Assembly: GCA_030390025.1 (NCBI GenBank)
Contig: JASTWF010000035.1
Coordinates: forward strand, 3,410,001 to 3,474,000
DNA length: 64,000 bases
Reading direction: 5' to 3'
From: Squalus acanthias
Taxonomy: Eukaryota
This document shows, in pieces, positions 20,428-33,182 of this stretch. The position numbers and the translations under genes were made by a program. How positions within the stretch are numbered: position 1 is the first letter of the stretch; the number at the start of each line of letters is the position of its first letter. Below the pieces are notes generated by a model. The model saw nothing but the letters and a program-made list of their open reading frames with translations, was not told the DNA's origin and ran no database searches.

Positions 20428-22127
20428 CACGGAGGAAGACACAAAAAACCTCCCAGAAATACGAGAAAACCAATGGTGTGGCGAGAATAAGGAACTTAAA
20501 GAAATTGTTATTAGTAAAAAAACAGTACTAGCAAAATTAACGGGACTACAAGTCAATAAATCCCAAGGACCGGATGACCTACATCCTAGGGTTTTGAAAG
20601 AAGTGGCCATTGGGATAGTGGACACATTGGTTGTCATCTTCCAAAATTCTATAGATTCTGGAACGGTTCCTGCAGATTGGAGGAGAGCAAATGTAACATC
20701 GTTATTTAAGAAAGGCGGGAGAGAGAAAACGGGGTACTACAGACCTGTCCGCCTCACATCAGTAGCTGGGAAAATGCTGGAATCTATTATAAAGGATGCA
20801 ATAACTGGGCACTTAGAAACTAATAGTAAGATTGGGCAGAGTCAACATGGATTTATGAAAGGGAAATCCTGTTTAACAAACCTATTGGAGTTCTTTGAGG
20901 ATGTAACTAGTGGAGTAGACAAAGGGGAACCGGTAGATGTGGTGTATCTGGATTTTCAGAAGGCCTTCGATAAGGTCCCACACAAGAGGTTGGTGAACAA
21001 AATTAGGGCACATGGAATTGGGGGTAATATACTAGCATGGACTGACAATTGGTTAACAGACAGAAAACAAAGAGTAGGGATAAACGGATCTTTTTCAGGA
21101 TGGCAGGCTGTGACTAGTGGGGTACCGCAAGGATCGGTGCTTGGGCCCCAGCTATTCACAATCTATATCAATGATTTGGATGAGGGGACTAAATGTAACA
21201 TTTCCAAATTTGCTGATGATACAAAGCTAGGTAGCAATGTCAGTTGTGAAGAGGCTTCAAGGGGATCTCGACAGGCTCAGTGAGTGGGCGAGAACATGGC
21301 AGATGGAACATAATGTGGATAAATGTGAAGTTATCCACTTTGGTAGAAAAAACAGAAAGGCAGAGTATTTCCTAAATGGTGAAAGATTGGGGAATGCAGA
21401 TGCTCAAAGGGTCCTGGGTGTCCTTGTACATGAGTCACTGAAAGTGAATGTGCAGGTGCAGCAAGCCATTAGGAAGGCAAATGGTATGCTGGCCTTCATT
21501 ACAAGAGGATTTGAGTACAGGAGTAAAGAAGTCTTACTCCAATTATATAGGGCCTTGGTGAGACCACACCTGGAGTACTGTGTACAATTTTGGTCTCTTT
21601 ACCTAAGGAAGGATATACTTGCCATAGAGGGAGTGCAATGAAGGTTCACGAGATTGATTCCTGGGATGGCGAGACTGTCGTATGAGAAGAGATTGAGTAA
21701 ACTCGGCCTGTATTCTCTTGAATTCAGAAGAATGAGAGGGGATCTCATTGAAGCATACAAAATTATTACAGGGCTTGATAGGGTGGATGCTGGGAGAATG
21801 TTTCTCTTGGCTGGGGAGTCTAGAACCAGGGGCCACAGCCTCAGGATAAAGGGTAGGCCATTCAGGACTGAGATGAGAAGAAATTTCTTCACACAGAGGG
21901 TGGTGAATATTTGGAATTCTCTACCCCAGAGGGCTGTGGAGGCTCAGTCATTGGGTATATTCAAAAGAGAAGTCGATAGATTTCTGACTAGTAAGGGCAT
22001 CAAGGGATATGGCGATAGAGCCGGTGAATGGAGTTGAGGCAGAAGATCAGCCATGATCTCACTGAATGGCGGAGCAGGCTCGAAGGACCCAATGGCCTAC
22101 TCCTGCTCCTATTTCTTATGTTCTTAT

Positions 22128-22415
22128 GTCAAGGAGATAGGTTTTAAGGAGCATCTTAAAGGAGGAAAGAGAGGTAGGGAGGCGTAAAGGCTTAGGGAGG
22201 GAATTCCAGAGCTTGGGGCATCTGCAGCTGAAGGCACAGCCGCCAATGGTGGAGCGATGAAAATAGGGGATGCTCAATTGGCCAGAATTTGAGAAGCATA
22301 GCGTTCTCGGGGGAGGGGGGGGGGGGGGCTGCTGTAGGTGATTCCAGAGATAGGGAGGGCGGGCAAGGCCATGGAAGGATTTGAAAACAAGGATGAGAAT
22401 TTTAAAATCAAGGCA
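22128..22415 (-). mobile_element. L2 3' region (right half of the split copy)
   Basis: Aligns with 11490-11775 of the other L2. Confidence 0.88.
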
Positions 22416-22429
22416 GATAGTTCTACAAA

Positions 22430-22783
22430 TTCGGTTAGAGTTAAGAAGAGGAGGATATTATGCTGCTGGGCGTAGGCACTATAGGTCACCAAATAGTGGG
22501 AAGAAGATAGAGGGGCTAATTAGCAGGCAAATTTCAGAAAGATGTAAAAACAATAGAGTAGTTATTTCAATTATCCGAATATAGACTGGGATCGTAGCAG
22601 TGTAAAGGGCAAAGAGGGGGAGGAATTCCTAAAATGTGAACAAGAGAACTTTCTTGATCAGTGTGTTTTCAGCCCAAAGACGAATGAAGCCGTGCTGGAT
22701 CTAGTTCTGGGGAATGAAGTGGGGCAAGTGGAGCATCTTTCAGTGGGGGAGCATTTGGGAAACAGTGATCACAATATCATTTG
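22430..22783 (+). mobile_element. CR1 (HER1-type) APE-region fragment, continues at 29173-29805
   Basis: Decayed YRPPNS, LDLVLGNE and SDH region; TATCAT recurs at the end of this piece and at the start of the 29173 piece. Confidence 0.75.
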
Positions 22784-23221
22784 ATACTTCAAACTGTTGT
22801 AATTATAATCATAGAATGGTTACGGCACGGAAGGCGGCCATTCGGCCCGTTGAGCCCGTGCCGGCTCTCTGCAAGAGCACTTCAGCTAGTCCCACTCCCC
22901 CGCCCTTTCCCTATAGCCCTGCGAATTTCTTTCCTTCAGATACTTATCCAACCCCTTTTTGAAAACAGTGATTGAATCTGCCTCCACCACCCTTTCAGGC
23001 AGTGCATTCCAGATCCTAACCACTCGCTGTGTAAAAAAGTTTTTTCTTACGTCGTCTTTGGTTCTTTTGCCAATCACCTTAAATCTGTGTCCTCTGGTTC
23101 TTGACCCTTCTGCCAATGGGAACAGTTTCTCTCCATCTACTCTGTCCAGACACCTCATTATTTTGAACACCTCTGTCAAATCTCCTCAATCTCCTCTGCC
23201 CAAGGAGAATAACCCCAGCTT

Positions 23222-23872
23222 GGAATCATAGAAACATTACGAAACAGAAGGAGGCTATTCGGCCCATCGTGTCCGTGCCGGTCAGAAAAGAGCTAGCCAG
23301 CCTCATCCCACCTGCCAGCACTAGGTCTGTAGCCCTGTTGGTTACAGCTCTTCAAGTGCACATCCAAGTACTTTTTAAATGTGATGAGGGTTTCTGCCTC
23401 TCCCACCCTTTCAGGCAGTGAGTTCCAGACCCCCACCACCCTCTGGGTGAAAACTTTTTTCCTCCTCTCCCCTCTAATCCTTCTACCAATTACTTTAAAT
23501 CTATGCCCCCTGGTTCTTGACCCCTCTGCTAAGGGAAATAGGTCCTTTCTATCCACTCTATCTAGGCCCCTCAATTTTATACATCTCAATTAAATCTCCC
23601 CTCAGCCTCCTCTGTTCCAAGGGAAACAACCCCAGACTATCCAATCTTTCCTCATAGCTAAAGTTTTCCAGTCCTGGCAGCATCCTCGTAAATCTCCTCT
23701 GCACCCTCTCCAGAGCAATCACATCCTTCCTGTAATGTGGTGATCAGAACAGAACTGCACGCAGTACTCAAGCTGTTGCCTAACCAGTGTTGTATACAGT
23801 TCTAGCATAACTTTCCTGCTCTTGTATCCTATGCCTCGGCTAATAAAGGAAAGCATTCCGTATGCCTTTTTT
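23222..23872 (-). mobile_element. CR1 (HER1-type) 3' fragment
   Basis: Tail GAATCATAGAA; minus ORF 23293-23589 encodes the ORF2 C-terminus. Confidence 0.9.
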
Positions 23873-23977
23873 TTTTAAACTCCTTCTCCAGTCTATCAAA
23901 GTAACTGAGGTCCCTCATTCCTGGAATCATTCTCTTAAATCTTTTCTGCACCTTCTCTAAGGCCTTCACATCCTTCC

Positions 23978-26900
23978 CCTTTCAAACAGATATACCACTT
24001 TGGATATTGTTGAGGGAGATAGATTATTGGGGTAAGGCAGCAGCAGCCAACTTCCTGGCACCATGGGTGGTCCTGCTGCACAGGACGGGAGGAAAAAGAG
24101 GGGTAGAGCTATAGTGATAGGGGATTCTATTGTAAGGGGAATAGATAGGCGTTTCTGCGGCCGCAAACGAGACTCCAGGATGGTATGTTGCCTCCCTGGT
24201 GCAAGGGTCAAGGATGTCTCGGGGCGGCTGCAGGGCATTCCGGAGGGAGAGGGTGAACAGCCAGTTGTCGTGGTGCATATAGGTACCAACGATATAGGTA
24301 AAAAACGGGATGAGGTCCTAAAAGCTGAATATAGGGAATTAGGAGGTAAATTTAAAAAAATAGGACCTCAAAGGTAGTAATCTCAGGATTGCTACCAGTG
24401 CCACGTGCTAGTCAGAGTAGAAATAGAAGGATATTTCAGATAAATACGTGGCTAGAGGAATGGTGCAAGGGGGAGGGATTCAAATTCCTGGGACATTGGA
24501 ACCGGTTCTGTGGGAGGTGGGACCAGTACAAACAGGACGGTTTGCACCTGGGTGGGACCGGAACCGATGTCCTAGGGGGAGTGTTTGCTGGTGCTGTTGG
24601 TGAGGGTTTAAACTAAAATGGCAGGGGGTTAGGAACCTGTGCAGGGAGACAGAGGAAAGGGAAGCAAGGATAGAAACAAAAGACAGGAAGGAGAAAAGCA
24701 AAAGTGGAAGGCAGAGAAATCAAGTGTGTAAATCAAACAGGGCCACAGTAAATAATAATTCTAAAAGGAATGAGTGTTAAAAAAACAAGCCTGAAGGCTT
24801 TGTGTCTTAATGCGAGGAACATTCGTAATAAGGTGGATGAATTAGCTGCGCAAATAGATGTAAACGGATATGATATAATTGGGATTACGGAGACATGGCT
24901 CCAGGGTGACCAAGGCTGGGAATTCAACATCCAGGGGTATTCAATATTCAGGAAGGACAGGAGAAAAAGAAAAAGGAGGTGGGGTAGCATTGCTGGTTAA
25001 AGAGGGGATTAACACAATAGTAAGGAAGGATATTAGCTCTGATGATGTGGAATCTGTATGGGCAGAGCTGAGAAATACCAAGGGGCAGAAAACGTTAGTG
25101 CGAGTTGTATACAGACCCACGAACTGTAATGCTGAGGTTGGGGATGGCATTAAACGGGAAATTAGAGACGCATGCAATAAGGACACAGCAGTTATCATGG
25201 GTGACTTTAATCTACATATAGATTGGGCTAACCAAGTTAGTAACAATACTGTGGTGGAGGAATTCCTAGCGTGTATACGGGATGGTTTCCTGGACCAATA
25301 TGTCGAGGAACCAACTAGAGATCAGGCCATCTTAGACTGGGTATTATGTAATGAGAAAGGATTAATTAGCAATCTTGTGCGAGTCCCCTTGGGGAGGAGC
25401 GATCATAATATGATAGAATTCTTCATTAAAATGGAGAGTGAAGTAGTTGACTCGGAGACTAGGGTCCTGAATTTAAATAAATGAAACTACGATGGTATGA
25501 GGCACGAGTTGGCTAGGATGGATTGGGGAACGTTACTTAAAGGGTTGACGGTGGATAGGCAATGGCAAACATTTAAAGATCGCATGGATGAACTACAGAA
25601 TTTGTTCATCCCTGTTTGGCATAACAATAAAACAAAAAAGGTGACTCAACCGTGGCTAACAAGGGAAAGTAGGGATAGCATAAGATCCAAGGAGAGGACA
25701 TATAAATTGGCCAGAAAAAGCAGCAAACCTGAGGATTGGGAGCAGTTTAGGATTCAGCAAAGGAGGACAAAGGGATTAATTAAGAGGGGGAAAATAGATT
25801 ATGAGAGTAAGCTTTCAGGGAACATAAAAACTGACTAAAAGCTTCTATAGATATGTGAAGAGAAAAGGATTGGTGAAGTCAAGCGTAGGTCCCTTGCAGT
25901 CAGAATCAGGGGAATTTATAATGGGGAACAAAGAAATGGCAATCCAATTAAATACATACTTTGGTTCTGTCTTCACAAAGGAGGACACAAATAACCTCCC
26001 AGAGATGTCGGGGAACATAGGGTTTAATGAGAGGGAGGAATTGAATGAAATCAGTATTTGTAGGGAAATGGTGTTAGGGAAATTGATGGGATTGAAGGCC
26101 GATAAATCACCAGGGCCTGATAATCTACATCCTAGGGTACTTAAGGAAGTGGCCCTAGAAATAGTAGATGCATTGCTGGTCATCTTTCAAAATTCTATGG
26201 ACTCTGGAACAGTTCCCATGGATTGGAGGATAGCTAATGTAACCTCACTATTTAAAAAAGGTGGTAGAGAGAAAACGGGGAATTCTAGACCGGTAAGCCT
26301 GACATTGGTTGTGGGGAAAATGCTGGAGTCCATTATAAAAGTTGTAATAGCAGAGCACTTGAAAAACAGTGACAGGATCGGACAAAGTCAACATGGATTT
26401 ACAAAAGGTAAATCATGCTTGACTAAACTACTGGAACTTTTTGAGGATGTAACTGGTAGAATAGATAAGGGAGAACCAGTGGATGTGGTGTATTTGGACT
26501 TTCAGAAGCCTTTCGATAAGGTCCCACATAAGAGATTAGCGTGCAAAGTTAAAGCACATGGGATTGGGGTTAAGGTATTGTCTTGGATAGAGAACTGGTT
26601 GGCAGACAGGAAGCAAAGAGTTGGAATAAACGGGTCTTTTTCCGAGTGGCAGGCAGTGACTAGTGGGGTACGCAGGGATCGGTGCTAGGACCCCAGCTAT
26701 TCACAATATATATTAATGATCTAGACGAGGGAACTAGATGTAATATCTCCAAGTTTGCAGACGACACAAAGCTGGGTGGGCGTGTGTGCTGTGAGGAGGA
26801 TGCAGAGAAACTCCAGTATGATTTGGACTGGTTGGGTGATTGGGCAGATGCATGGCAAATGCAATATAATGTGGATAAATGCGAGGTTATCCACTTCGGT

Positions 26901-27660
26901 GGCAAAAACAGGAAGGCAGATTATTATCTGAACGGCAATAGATTGGGAAAAGGGGAAGTGCAACGAGACCTGGGTGTCCTTGTGCACCAGTCACTGAAGG
27001 TAAGCATGCAGGTGCAGCAGGCGGTTAAGAAGGCAAATGGTATGTTGGCCTTCATAGCGAGAGGATTCGAGTACAGGAGCAAGGATGTCTTGCTGCAGTT
27101 GTACAGGGCCTTGGTGAGACCACACCTTGAGTATTGTGTGCAGTTTTGGTCGCCTTATCTGAGGAAGGATGTTCTTGCCATGGAGAGAGTGCAGCGAAGA
27201 TTCACCAGACTGATACCTGGGATGGGGAGATTGTTCTAGGAGCAGATTGAGTAGACTAGGCCTATATTCTCTAGAATTTAGAAGAATGAGAGGTGATCTC
27301 ATTGAAACATTCTTACAGGGCTTGACAGGGTAGATGCAGGGAGGATGTTTCCCCTGGCTGGGGAGTCTGGAACCAGCGGTCAGAGTCTCAGAATAAGGGA
27401 TCAGCCATTTAGGACTGAGATGAGGAGAAATTTCTTCTCACAGAGGGTGGTGAATCTTTGGAATTCTCTACCGCAGAGGGCTGTGAAGGCTCAGTCATTG
27501 AGTATATTCAAGACAGAGATCGATCGATCTTTTGAATATTAAGTGAATCTAGGGATATGGGGATAATGCAGGAAAGTGGAAATGAGGTAGAAGATCAGCC
27601 ATGATCTTATTGAATGGCGGAGCAGGCTCAAGGGGCCGAATGGCCTCCTGCTACTCTTTC
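23978..27660 (+). mobile_element. Frameshifted CR1 with partial ORF1 and ORF2
   Basis: ORF pieces 24063-24616 (ORF1) and 24770-27542 (ORF2) broken by several indels and stops. Confidence 0.95.
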
Positions 27661-28909
27661 GTTTTTATGTATGAAGCCCAGGATCCCGGAAGCCTTTTTA
27701 ACTAACTGCTTTCTCAAACTGACCTGCCACCTTCAACGATTTGTGCACACATACCCCCAGGTCTCTCTGTTCGTGCACCCCCTTCACGATTGTACCATTT
27801 AGTTTATATGTCCTCTCCTCATTCTTTCTACCAAAATGTATTACTTCACACTTTTCTGCGTTAAATTTCATCTGCCACGTGTCCGCACATTTCACCAGCC
27901 TGTCTATGTCTTCCTGATGTCTATCACTCTCCTCCTCACTGTTCACTTTACTTCCAAGTTTTATGTCATCTGCAAATTTTGAAATTGTGCCCTGTACACC
28001 CACATCCAAGTCATTAATATATATCAAGAAAAGCAGTGGTCCAAGAACCAACCCCTGGGGTACACCACTGTATACCTTCCTCCAGTCCGAAAAACAACCT
28101 TTCACCACCACTCTGTTTCCTATCACTTAGCCAATTCTGTTTCCATGCTGCCACTGTCCCTTTTATTCCATGGGCTTCAACTTTGCTGGCAAGCCTATTA
28201 TGTGGCACTTTGTTGAATGGCTTTTGGAAATCCATGTAAACTACGTCAACCACATTACCCTCATCAACCCTCTCTGTTACCTCATCAAAGAACTCAATCA
28301 AGTTAGTTAAACACGATTTGCATTTAACAAATCCATGCTGGATTTTCTTAATTAATCCACACCTATCCAAGAGACTGTTAATTTTATCCCTGATTACTTT
28401 TTCTAAAAGCTTCCCCACTACCGAGGTCAAACTTACTGCCTGTAGTTTCTGGGTTTATCTTTACATTCATTTTTGAACAATGGTATAACATTTGCAATTC
28501 TCCAGTCCTCTGGCACCACCCTATATCTAAGGATGATTGGAATATTATAGCCAGTACCTCCGTGATTTCCTCCCTCAATTCCCTCAGCATCCTAGGATGC
28601 ATCCCATCTGCTCCCGATGACTTATCTACTTGAAGTACAGCCAGCCTTTCTAATACCTCCTCCTTCACTTTGTCTGTGGCAGCATCCTCTTCCTTGGTGA
28701 AGATAGATGCAAAGTACTTGTTTCGTACCTCAGCCATATCCTCTGCCTCCATGCATAGGTCTCCTTTTTGGTCCCTAATTGGCAGCACCTCTCCTCATAC
28801 TACCCTTTTACTATTTATATGCCTATACACACCTCCTCTGGACCCATCTTGTTTATTTACTTACATAGAATGTACAGCACAGAAATAGGACATCTGGCCC
28901 AACTTGTCC

Positions 28910-29175
28910 CATTAGCACCCCTTTGCCTTGCACCATCATCCTTTTTGTCATTAACTCACTCCTGCCTTCCATCCCATTATAAACCTTCCCTTTTGTTCTT
29001 TCCTCCTCCCCCACTCCACCACTTTTACCCCTGGCTCTGTATTTGCTTAAAAACTGTTAATCCCTAACATCTTCCAGTTTTGATGAAAGGTCATCGACCT
29101 AAAACGTTAACTCTGTTTCTCTCTCCACAGATGCTGCCTGACCTGCTGAGTATTTCCAGCATTTTCTGATTTTAT
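28910..29175 (+). mobile_element. Penelope-like element 3'/pLTR remnant with a degenerate hammerhead motif
   Basis: AGTT-TTGATGA-A-AGGTC-ATC-GACCT-AAAA-CGTT-AACT at 29076-29112, followed by ..CACAGATGCTGCCTGACCTGCTGAGTATTTCCAGC.. Confidence 0.75.
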
Positions 29176-30530
29176 ATCATAAGGTTCAGAGTAGTTATGG
29201 AAAAGGACAAGGAGCAATCAAAGGTGAAAATACTCAACTGGAGGAGGGCTAATTTCAATGAGTTGAAAAGGGATCTGGCCCAGGTGGATTGGAATCAAAA
29301 ATTGGTAGGCAAAACAGTAAATGAGCAATGGGAGGCCTTCAAAGAGATGGTTCGGGTATAGAGTAGTCACATTCCCACGAGAGGGAAAGGAAGGGCATCC
29401 AAAGCTAAAGCTCCCTGGGTGATGAAAGATATGGAGATTAAAATAAAACAGAAAAAGGAGGTTCATAATACAGTAGAGTATCAAGCTGAATATAGAAAGT
29501 ACAGAGGAGATCTAAAAAAGGAAATAAGAAGGGCAAAGAGAGAGTATGAGAAAAGATTAGCGGGTAACATAAAAGGGAACCCAAAAGTCTTTTATAAACA
29601 TATAAACAGTAAAAGGGAAGTCAAAGGAAGGGTGATGCCGATTAGGGACCAAAAAGGAGATCATCTTCTGGAGGCAGAGGGGATGGCTGAGGTACTGAAT
29701 GAGGACTTTGCATCTGTCTTCAAAAAGAGGACATTGCCACTGTCACAGTGAAGGAGGGGGTAGAGATATTGGATAGGATAAAAATAGATAAAGGTGAGGT
29801 ACTTGTGTAATTAAACAACCTTGGCCAACAAGGAAAGTGAGAGATAGTACAAAACTAAAAGAAAGGGTTTATACGAAGGCAAAGAACAGATGAGATCCCA
29901 CGGATTGGGAGAGATATAAAGAACAGCAAAGGGATACGAAGAAAGTTGTAAGAGCAGCAAAAAGGGAATACGAGAAAAAGCTTGCAAGGAATAACAAGGA
30001 CAACACTAAAGATTTATACAAATACATTAAGAGAAAGAGGATGACTGAGAGCAATGTGGTGCCCTTAATGACAGACGCATGTGATGCTGGAATTGGAAAT
30101 TGGGAAATGGCAGACTTACTAATTAGCTACTTCACAGTATAGGCTGTGGATAAAGTACCAGAGATACAAGGAAAATTAAAAATAAATCAAGGGGAGGAAC
30201 TAACTCGATTCAATACAAGTAAAAAAAATAGTGCTGGGGAAAGTAATAAGTATCCAAGGTCCCACAGTAAATACTGTAGATGGGAGCAGGAAGTTGCAAA
30301 GGGATATTCATAGATTGAGTGAGTGGACAAAACTGTGGCAGATGGAGTTCAATGTGAGAAAGTGTGCGGTCATCCAATTTGGACCTAAGAAAGATAGATC
30401 AGAGTATTTTCTCAATGGCAGGATGCTACAAAGACAAAAAAGAGTAAGTTACCAAACACTTCTTCACGCAAAGGGTGGTAGAAGTGTGGAACTCTCTCCC
30501 ACAAGAGTCAGTAGATACTAGCTCAATTAT
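29173..30530 (+). mobile_element. Two or three abutting decayed CR1 ORF2 fragments
   Basis: Lys-rich linker region (NIKGNPKVFYKHIN) and internally deleted RT and C-terminal pieces. Confidence 0.8.
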
Positions 30531-31667
30531 TCGACTAAACCAAGACACAACAAAACAATCAAAGAGTGACATCACAGGACAGTGGGTGAGCAACTGGTTA
30601 ATGAGTATTACCTTTGTCTTTTTCTCTCTAACTTAGGGCAGTGGGTTTTAACTAAGAAGTTTAGTTAGTAGTCTAATAAATAGAGGCACGGCAGGGCACC
30701 TCAGTCCCATCGAATGCATATCTTGTGCCATGTGGGAAGTCCAGGATGCTTCTCGTGTCCTGGATAACCACATGTGCAGGAAATGTTGTCAGCTGGAGGA
30801 GCTCGAGCTCCAGGTTTCGGAGCTTGAGCAGCAGCTAGCATCACTGCAGTGCATCCGTGAGGCTGAGAGCTACGTGGATAGCACGTTTTGGAAGGTGGTC
30901 ACCCTGCAGCATAAGAGTTTGCAGGCAGAGATGGAATGGGTGACCGCCAGACAGACAAAGAGGACCAGGCAGGTAGTGCAGGAGTCCCCTGAGTGCATCT
31001 CGTTCTCTAATCAATATTCAGTACTGAATACTGGTGAGGGTGATGATTCCTCTAGGGAGTGCAGCCAGAGCCAACGCCACGGCACCATGGGTGCCTCAGC
31101 TGTACCGGGGTTGTGGGGAGTGGGGGGGGAGGTTAATAATGCAATAGTGGTAGGGGATTCAATAGTTAGGGGAACAGACAGGCTTTTCTGCGGCTGCAGA
31201 CGTGACTCCAGGATGGTATTTTGCCTCCCTGGTGCCAGGGTCAAGGATCTCACTGAGCGGCTGCAGGACATTCTGAGGGATAGGGTGAACATAAGAAATA
31301 GGAGAAGGAGCAGGCCATTCGGCCCCTCAAGCCTGCACCACCATTTAATGAAATCATGGCTGATCTGATTTTGGCCTCAACTCCACTTTCCTGCCCGCTC
31401 CCCATAACCCTTGACTCCCCTGTTGCTCAAAAATCTGTCTATCTCAGCCTTGAATATATTCAATGACTCTGCTTTCACAGCTCTCTGGGGTAAAGAATTC
31501 CAAAGATTCACGACCCTCAGAGAAGAAATTCCTCCTCATCTCCGTCTTAAATTGACGACCCCTTATTCTGAGACTATGCCCCTGCGTTCTAGATTCCCTG
31601 ACGAGGGGAAACATCCTCTCAGCATTTACCCTGTCCAACCCCCTCAGAATCTTATATGTTTCAATAA

Positions 31668-31786
31668 TGCGGAGATGCCGGTGTTGGACTGGGGTGGACA
31701 AAAGTGAGAAGTCGCACAACACCAGGTTATAGTCCAACAGGACAAAAGTGAGAAGTCGCACAACACCTGGTGTTGTGCGACTTCTC
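31668..31786. mobile_element. Short Penelope-like terminal fragment with internal duplication and palindrome
   Basis: 12-bp TSD ATGTTTCAATAA (31656-31667, 31787-31798); homologous to 43456-43815. Confidence 0.8.
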
Positions 31787-32093
31787 ATGTTTCAATAAGA
31801 TCACCTCTCATTCTTCTAAACTTCAATGAGTATAGGCCCAACCTTTCCTCATAAGACAACCCTTCCATCCTAGTGAATGTTCTCTGAACTGCCTTCAATG
31901 CAAGTATATTCCTCCTTTAAATAAGGGGACCAAAACTGTATGCAGTACTCTAGGTGTGGTTTCACCAGCGCCCTATACAGTGGTAGCAAGACTTCCCTAC
32001 TTTTATACTCCATCCCCCTTGAAATAAAGGCCAACATTCCATTTGCCTTCCTAATTACTTGCTGTACCTGCATGTTAACTTTTTGTGTTTCAT

Positions 32094-32413
32094 GGCAACA
32101 GGGTGGCATAGTGGTTAGCACTGTTACCTCACAGCGCCAGGGACCCAGGTTCAAATCCGGCCTTGGGTGACTGTCTGTGTGGAGTTTGCACATTCTCCCC
32201 GTGTCTGCGTGGGTTTCCTCCGGGTGCTCCGGTTTCCTCCCACAGTCCAAAGATGTGCAGGTTAGGTTGATTTGGCTATGATAAAATTGACCCTTAGTGT
32301 TAGGGGGATTAAATACGTGGGGTTACGGGGATAGGGTGGGATATGTGTCGGTGCAGGCTCGATGGGCCGAAATGGCCTCTATCTGCACTGTGGGGATTCT
32401 GTGATTCTGTGAT
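32094..32413 (+). mobile_element. tRNA-derived V-SINE (HE1-like)
   Basis: A box TGGCATAGTGG (32104-32114), B box GGTTCAAATCC (32148-32158), V domain GTGTGGAGTTTGCACATTCTCCCCGTGTCTGCGTGGGTTTCCTCCGGGTGCTCCGGTTTCCTCCCAC, CR1-type GATTCTGT tail. Confidence 0.93.
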
Positions 32414-33182
32414 ATGTACGTGGACACCAAAATCCCTCTGTACCGCCGCATTCTGTAGTCTTTCTCCATTTAAATAATTTTCTTTTCTATTCTTCCTACC
32501 AAAGTGGATAACTTCACATTTTCCCACATTATAATCTATCTGCCAAATTCTAGCCCACTCACTTAACCTATCTATATCCCTTTGCAGACTCTTTATGTCC
32601 TCCTCACAACTTGTTTTCCCACCTAAATTTGTATCGTCAGAATTTGGCTACAATACACTCGCTTCCTTCATCCAAGTAATTAATATAGATTGAAAATAGT
32701 TGAGGCCCCATCACTGATCCCTGTGGCACCCCACTAGTTACAGATTGCCATCCTGAAAATGACCCATTTATCTCGACTCAGTTAGCCAATCCTCTATCCA
32801 ATCTAATATATTACCCCCAACACCATGAGATCTTATCTTATGCAGTAACCTTTTATGTGGCACCTTGTCGAACAGCCAGAGGTTGTGGTTCAAATCGGTA
32901 CCAATGAGACAGGTAAAAAGAGAGATGCGGTACTGCAGGCAGAATTTAGGGAGCTAGGAAAAAGATTAGTAAGCAGGACCTCAAAGATAATAATCTCTGG
33001 ATTACTCCCGGTGCCACGTGCTAGTGAGTACAGAAATAGGAGGATAGAGCAGATGAATGCATGGCTGGAGAGATGGTGCAGGAGGGAGGGCTTTAGATTC
33101 CTGAGGCACTGGGACCGTGACTGGAGGAGGTTGGACCTGTACAAGCCGGGCGGGATGCACCTCAACAGGGCTGGGACCAATA

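Larger units (their letters stand above)
15045..22127 (+). mobile_element. Decayed CR1 (pieces 15045-15849, 16595-16607, 20428-22127) hosting a MITE and a second CR1
   Basis: ORF2 sequence is collinear across both insertions (..TACTTTG|TTTCTGTCTT|CACGGAGGAAGAC..); GTCAA duplicated at 15040-15044 and 22128-22132. Confidence 0.9.
22808..28825 (-). mobile_element. Split CR1 (pieces 22808-23221, 23878-23977, about 27665-28825) hosting two later CR1 insertions
   Basis: Minus-strand ORF2 fragments in collinear order from tail to the pre-RT region. Confidence 0.8.
31289..32869 (-). mobile_element. CR1 3' half, hosting a Penelope-like fragment and an HE1 SINE
   Basis: Tail at 31289; RT and C-terminal fragments on the minus strand. 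Confidence 0.92.
30535..33182 (+). mobile_element. CR1 5' end: 5'UTR plus ORF1 (zinc finger, leucine zipper, SGNH esterase), split by a nested CR1
   Basis: C-x2-C..W..H-x-C-x2-C, heptad LEELELQVSELEQQLASL, GDSIVRG; resumes at 32870 (QPEVVVQIGTN); GAACA duplicated at 31287-31291 and 32870-32874. Confidence 0.9.

Noticed and set aside
32094..32165. tRNA gene
   Set aside because: A and B boxes run directly into the V domain and LINE tail; it is a SINE head (same at 59578).
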